DNA of 31,190 nucleotides. Source: Bdellovibrionia bacterium. Its GTDB lineage: Bacteria > Bdellovibrionota > UBA1018. Each line of letters starts with the position of its first letter. Position 1 is the stretch's first letter. Location: assembly GCA_045805065.1 (NCBI GenBank), contig JBJMMA010000139.1, positions 1 to 31,190 of the forward strand, written 5' to 3'. Of the stretch, positions 26,557 through 31,190 are shown one piece after another. Below the pieces are notes generated by a model. That model made no database searches, was not told the DNA's origin, and was given only the letters and a program-made list of their open reading frames with translations. The position numbers and the translations under genes were made by a program.

Positions 26557-28662
26557 ATGATCGCGACTTCCGAGCCATGCACGCTGAAGTTAAAGACACT
26601 CCAAAGAAACCTAGCCTTCCTGGGCATGTTTTTGGCGTTTGTCTTTTCCCTCTGCGCGCAGGCGATCCCGGTAGATCCCACAGATTTAGAGAAAGCAATT
26701 CAGGCACGGCGAATCAAGGTCGATGAGTTCAAAGCGGTCGCTACTGAGGCCCAAAAGCGCGGCTTGCGTGTTTTTCTCGCTGGCGGCTTGGCTGCAAGTT
26801 ACGGGGACTTCATCAAGCATCAGCTTTTAGCTGAGCAGGGCAAGATGAAGATCCAACCGAACCGCTTGGAACCTCTTTCAATCAATATCACCCTCCCTGA
26901 GCAGGACTTGGATCTTGTCATCACTCGAGCAGACGGAAAGCCGGAAAGCGTTGAGGAGATCAAAGCCTTCCGAACATGGTTAGAGAAGGATATTCCGAAG
27001 ACTTACGCTGGAAAAGGCCTCTGGGACGTCAATGGGCTTAAGACGGCTCAAGAAAGGCGCCTGGCCTGGAGTGGCGACCCTGATTTCGCGCGACAAAATA
27101 ATGATTCACTTTCGATCGGACTCATCGAGCTGACAGATCCACCTGCGGGAGAATCCATCATTCAGGAAGCCCATCACATCGCAAAGCCTGAGGGATCAAA
27201 GTCGCTCTTTCTTGAAGACTTGGCAGGTGACCACGTTCACTTTCTCAATTCCGCCCACCACGCGGACACTACGCGCGCCAAAGCCGGAACCAACCCAGAA
27301 ATCCTTGGGGCCATTCGTGTCCTCACGAAGGCTTTTCAATTCGACAAAGACATTCCCAAAAAAGATCTGATCGAAGTCGCAAAAATCATCCGAGACTTTG
27401 ATCCAACCCAAGTGGAGGCAGGTAGCTATGTCGATACCTGGCTCAAAACTCGTTCAAAACGCCTGGTCACGCATTCATACGCTCCTGAAATAACGAACAC
27501 GATCCTCGATCATCTGGGACTGAGGGAAAAACTGATTCGACTCGGCCAGAGAAGTTGGGATCCATCAACGATCAGTTGGTGGATGAACAAATCCCCCCTT
27601 CCGACATCGGCTCCAACAGAAATTAAAAATCCTTTGCCCGCTGTAACTGCGGGCGATCTCGGAATCTCTCATGTCGATCATATTACAGATCCTGAGGCGA
27701 CTCGCCTCATGACCTGGCGATATGATGGAGTGCCACGCGTCTTTATTTCGCGCGAAAACACTCCGGGTGAAACCGCCGCTCACGGGCCAGGATTTTACAC
27801 AAACATTATTGGGAGCCGTACATTTAATACAAAATCCGATGGAGCCTTCGTTCAAATGAGCGTTGACCCTCAGGCTCGTGAAGGAATTGATTTTCGCCGA
27901 ATCGGCGCCAACGGTGAGGGAGTTGTCTGGTTAAACGGCGCTCATCTTCGCGTGGTGCATCCACAATACAATGCTTCAGGAGAATGTAAGGACTTTGCGC
28001 AACGACTTGCCATCAACCTTGCCGCTGCCGCAAACCAATCTGCTCCTTCTCCGCAAACAAAACTGGCGAACCTTAAGCAAAACGCTGCTTTTGCAATTTT
28101 CTTAACCGGGTTCGTAGGACCCTTGGTCATGCCCCTTTATGACCATTACAAACAGCATGCTCAATCGGTACTATTTGACAGCTTTTTCCATGGCACTGAG
28201 GCGGAGTCCGATAAGGCATTCAAGCAACTCCTCAAAGATCAAGCCACCCCAGACTTCGAAGATATCCGAACACTGCGTAAACTTGTCTTATCTGGAAATA
28301 CCCTTCAGGCAACGCGCAGTCTGCGGCTATTAGTAAACGCCCCAAAGCACTACGCTACAACCGAGACTTTGATTCAAATCTTGGGAGAATCTAATCCAAA
28401 TCTTGAGCCTTCGGATCGTACGACGATTCAACAATCTATAGTCCAAGCACTTAGATCCCGAACCCTTGACGGGCAAAATCTGAACCAGCTCCAAATTGCC
28501 ATTCTGTCACTGAAGGATCCATCGATGGTTCCTTACTTCATCGAGGTTATTCAGACGCTAGATGAATCCAATTCGAAGCGCCTGCTTAAGGTTTTGACCA
28601 CAGACGTCGCTAATGACAGCGTCAGAAGTGCGGCAGCTCAACTCATAGGGAAGGATAAATAG
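26557..28662 (+). CDS. Exported multidomain protein: divergent class II nucleotidyltransferase-like, ART-like, TM and helical-repeat regions
   Basis: Signal peptide ending AQA; VFLAGG, DLDL, WDV, FLEDL, NPEILGAIR; HIT, HGPGFYT, EGVVW; hydrophobic segment at about aa 510-528. The ORF is solid, the domain calls are inferred. Confidence 0.6.
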   Translation: MIATSEPCTLKLKTLQRNLAFLGMFLAFVFSLCAQAIPVDPTDLEKAIQARRIKVDEFKAVATEAQKRGLRVFLAGGLAASYGDFIKHQLLAEQGKMKIQPNRLEPLSINITLPEQDLDLVITRADGKPESVEEIKAFRTWLEKDIPKTYAGKGLWDVNGLKTAQERRLAWSGDPDFARQNNDSLSIGLIELTDPPAGESIIQEAHHIAKPEGSKSLFLEDLAGDHVHFLNSAHHADTTRAKAGTNPEILGAIRVLTKAFQFDKDIPKKDLIEVAKIIRDFDPTQVEAGSYVDTWLKTRSKRLVTHSYAPEITNTILDHLGLREKLIRLGQRSWDPSTISWWMNKSPLPTSAPTEIKNPLPAVTAGDLGISHVDHITDPEATRLMTWRYDGVPRVFISRENTPGETAAHGPGFYTNIIGSRTFNTKSDGAFVQMSVDPQAREGIDFRRIGANGEGVVWLNGAHLRVVHPQYNASGECKDFAQRLAINLAAAANQSAPSPQTKLANLKQNAAFAIFLTGFVGPLVMPLYDHYKQHAQSVLFDSFFHGTEAESDKAFKQLLKDQATPDFEDIRTLRKLVLSGNTLQATRSLRLLVNAPKHYATTETLIQILGESNPNLEPSDRTTIQQSIVQALRSRTLDGQNLNQLQIAILSLKDPSMVPYFIEVIQTLDESNSKRLLKVLTTDVANDSVRSAAAQLIGKDK

Positions 28663-28756
28663 TCAGAAAGATCGGTCTAACTCGCTGAAATGGTTGAGTT
28701 TAGGTCGATTAAACTAGCAGTTGTTTTTAACTGACTATTTCTGTATACCACCAGCC

Positions 28757-29254
28757 ATGCCCTCTTTTGATGTCTCGTCGGAAATGAACTGGCAGGAACT
28801 TGATAACGCCATCAATCAGGCGACCAAGGAACTGACCCAACGTTATGATTTTAAAGGCGTAAAGTCTGAGATCAAGCTCGACCAAAAGGCCAAGACCGTC
28901 ACCCTTTGGGTGAGCGAAGAAGCTAAGCTCGACGCTTTGAAAGAAATCTTTGAAAACAAACTCATCAAGCGCGGTATCTCGCTGCTTTCGTTTGATTACA
29001 AAGATCTCGAGCCAGCCTTTGGCGGAAGCGTTCGCCAAGTCGCCACCATTCAAGCAGGCGTCTCTAAAGAGAAGGGCAAAGAAATCATCGCCACTCTTAA
29101 GGACAGCAAGCTGAAGGTCCAGGCTCAGATTCAAGATGAGCAAGTGCGCGTGACTGGAAAAAATCGCGACGACCTTCAAGAAGCCATCGCACTCCTTCGC
29201 AGCAAGCAAGACGCCATCAAAGTTCCAATGCAGTTCGGAAACTTCCGCGACTAA
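28757..29254 (+). CDS. yajQ: YajQ family cyclic di-GMP/nucleotide-binding protein
   Basis: [46 protein letters not shown]. Confidence 0.97.
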   Translation: MPSFDVSSEMNWQELDNAINQATKELTQRYDFKGVKSEIKLDQKAKTVTLWVSEEAKLDALKEIFENKLIKRGISLLSFDYKDLEPAFGGSVRQVATIQAGVSKEKGKEIIATLKDSKLKVQAQIQDEQVRVTGKNRDDLQEAIALLRSKQDAIKVPMQFGNFRD

Positions 29255-29293
29255 GACTCCCTCAGCCGAGAGAAAGCATTAAGTAGTAAAATT

Positions 29294-30787
29294 ATGAGCA
29301 GTACTGAAAAATCGAAGTCCCCCGTTTATTTCGTCAGCCTTGGCTGTCCTAAGAATCTTGTCGATTCTCAAGTGATGCTGGGCCTCCTGGAAAAGGATCG
29401 TTACACGATCTCCGATAATCCAGACGACGCGGAAGTCATCATCGTCAACACCTGCTCATTCATTCAGGCATCCAAGGAAGAATCGATTGAAACGATTCTT
29501 GAGATGGCTCAGCAAAAGACGGACGGAAACTGCAAAGTTCTCGTCGCCTCAGGCTGCATGCCTCAGCGCTACTCCAAGGAGCTTGAGCGCGAAATGCCTG
29601 AAGTCGATCTCTTCATCGGCACCGGCCAATATCATCGCATCACTGAGCTTTTGAATGCTCAGGCCAAAGCCATGGAAGAAGGCGCGCCACTTCCTAAGCG
29701 CAGCTACATCGATCAGCCTGCGTTTATTCACACCGAAAAAGACCCACGCATGCACACGGGCCCAGCTTATACGGCTTTCTTGAAGCTCTCTGAAGGCTGC
29801 AACCGCCGTTGCGCTTTCTGCATCATTCCAAAGCTTCGCGGAAACGTTCGCTCCCGCACGGTTGAGTCTCTGGTTACCGAAGCTCGCCAAATGGCTGAGC
29901 GCGGAGTCCGCGAGCTCAACCTCGTCGCGCAAGATCTCACCGAGTACGGCATGGAATGGAAGTACAAGGAGCGCCTTGAGACGCTTCTTCCAGAACTTTG
30001 CAAGATCGATGGAATCGACTGGATCCGCCTCCACTATGTGTATCCGGATCAGTTCTCCGATGAGCTCGTTGACATCATCGCTCGCGAGCCAAAGATCGTG
30101 AAGTACCTCGATATGCCAATCCAGCACACGAACGATCGCGTGCTCGCATCGATGAACCGCCGCCTCACCAAGACCAAGCTTTTCGACCTGGTCGGTAAGC
30201 TCAGAGCCGAAATCCCAGGCGTTGTGTTCCGCACTTCGATCATCGTTGGCTTCCCTGGTGAGACCGAGGAAGAATTCAACGAGCTTTGCACCGACCTTGA
30301 GACGCTCGCACTCGATCACGTCGGCGTGTTCCGTTATTCGAACGAAGAAGGAACCAAGGCCGCTGAGATGGATGGCCAGATTCACGCCAACACCAAGCGC
30401 CGCCGCGCCAAGAAGCTCATTGAGCTTCTTCAGAAGCAATCGCTCGTTCGTAACGAGAAGTTTGTCGGTCAGACCGTTCAAGTCCTGGTTGAAGGCACGA
30501 GCGATGAAACCGATCTCCTTCTCCAAGGCCGCATGCCAACGCAGGCACAAGAGATTGATGGCCACGTGCTCATCAACGATCTTGGCGATCTCGTGGATGC
30601 TGAAGGCAATCCACTCTTTGCGACGGGTGACTTGATTGAAGTCGAAATCACCGAAGCACAGCCACATGATCTTGTCGGCAGCGCTGTGAAGATTCTGTCC
30701 AAGAGCCGCGTTACAGCCGCTCAAGCAGGACTCACCACCGAAAACCGTGAATGGCGCGGCGACAAGCGCCCGGCATTCACTCACTAA
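29294..30787 (+). CDS. rimO: Ribosomal protein S12 methylthiotransferase RimO
   Basis: SLGCPKNLVDS, NTCSFI..KEESI, EGCNRRCAFCIIP, RLHYVYP, C-terminal TRAM domain. Confidence 0.97.
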   Translation: MSSTEKSKSPVYFVSLGCPKNLVDSQVMLGLLEKDRYTISDNPDDAEVIIVNTCSFIQASKEESIETILEMAQQKTDGNCKVLVASGCMPQRYSKELEREMPEVDLFIGTGQYHRITELLNAQAKAMEEGAPLPKRSYIDQPAFIHTEKDPRMHTGPAYTAFLKLSEGCNRRCAFCIIPKLRGNVRSRTVESLVTEARQMAERGVRELNLVAQDLTEYGMEWKYKERLETLLPELCKIDGIDWIRLHYVYPDQFSDELVDIIAREPKIVKYLDMPIQHTNDRVLASMNRRLTKTKLFDLVGKLRAEIPGVVFRTSIIVGFPGETEEEFNELCTDLETLALDHVGVFRYSNEEGTKAAEMDGQIHANTKRRRAKKLIELLQKQSLVRNEKFVGQTVQVLVEGTSDETDLLLQGRMPTQAQEIDGHVLINDLGDLVDAEGNPLFATGDLIEVEITEAQPHDLVGSAVKILSKSRVTAAQAGLTTENREWRGDKRPAFTH

Positions 30788-30801
30788 TAGAGAGTTTTAA
30801 A

Positions 30802-31116
30802 ATGGCGAACCAACCCGAATGGATCATTACGTCTCCTGAGCTTGAACAATGCATCAGCAAGGTCACCCTTGTTGATGTTCGTGAGCCAGAAGAGTTTGAA
30901 GAAAGCCGCATTGAAGGCTGCAAACTGATCCCACTGGGTGAGCTTCAGGCTCGCGCGAAAAATGAACTCAATCCTGAAGACGATATCGTCGTCTACTGCG
31001 CGCACGGTGTTCGCAGCTTGCAAGGCGTGATGGCTCTCAAGATGCTGGGCTTTAAGAGGCTTCGCTCGCTCGAAGGCGGAATCTGCGCCTGGCAGGAGTA
31101 CCTCGAGAGCCGTTAA
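30802..31116 (+). CDS. Single-domain rhodanese (sulfurtransferase)
   Basis: LVDVREPEEF, IPL, VVYCAHGVRS, LEGGI.AW; ATG 30802 after the rimO stop. Confidence 0.92.
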   Translation: MANQPEWIITSPELEQCISKVTLVDVREPEEFEESRIEGCKLIPLGELQARAKNELNPEDDIVVYCAHGVRSLQGVMALKMLGFKRLRSLEGGICAWQEYLESR

Positions 31117-31129
31117 GTCGTGGATTTCC

Positions 31130-31190
31130 ATTCACTCCTTCTGAAGTGCGCGATTGAAGAAGGATTCCCACTTGCTGGGGCGTTGGACAT
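31130..31190 (-). CDS. Possible 3' end of a convergent gene entering from outside the window
   Basis: A minus-strand frame reads VQRPSKWESFFNRALQKE*; too short to confirm. Confidence 0.3.

Noticed and set aside
29549..30784. 411 aa antisense ORF opposite rimO, and similar ones opposite ppdK, glyQS and galE
   Set aside because: Shadow ORFs fully overlapping recognisable genes
1..31190. CRISPR array, prophage, IS element or canonical defence system
   Set aside because: No repeat-spacer periodicity, transposase, integrase or phage genes seen; the SMC is a hinge-containing condensin, not JetC-like

Overview
Mostly core chromosome of a Gram-negative bacterium, probably Bdellovibrionota. That placement is an inference from a TIGR02147-like HTH gene beside a secreted 'GGESGGGG' protein, sigma-28-like promoters and a class IIa GlyQS. 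Housekeeping genes recognised: a DksA/TraR 3' end, recO, a galE-gmhB fusion, msbA, suhB, glyQS, ppdK, smc, lolA, yajQ, rimO and a rhodanese. A regulatory block at 12-17 kb carries TetR, an orphan FliA/WhiG sigma factor with a sigma-54-like promoter, a PP2C-cNMP fusion and a REC-PilZ protein. No rRNA, tRNA, CRISPR array or transposase was seen. The two most interesting items are: (1) a ~380 nt densely structured plus-strand intergenic element (about 15200-15581) that I cannot assign to a known RNA class, bracketed by two small ORFs sharing a P-[ED]-T-G-P motif; and (2) a 701 aa exported protein (26557-28662) that appears to fuse a divergent CCA-adding/poly(A) polymerase-like nucleotidyltransferase to an H-Y-E ADP-ribosyltransferase-like domain, a TM helix and a helical tail. 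All calls come from reading motifs by eye; no database searches or folding programs were run.
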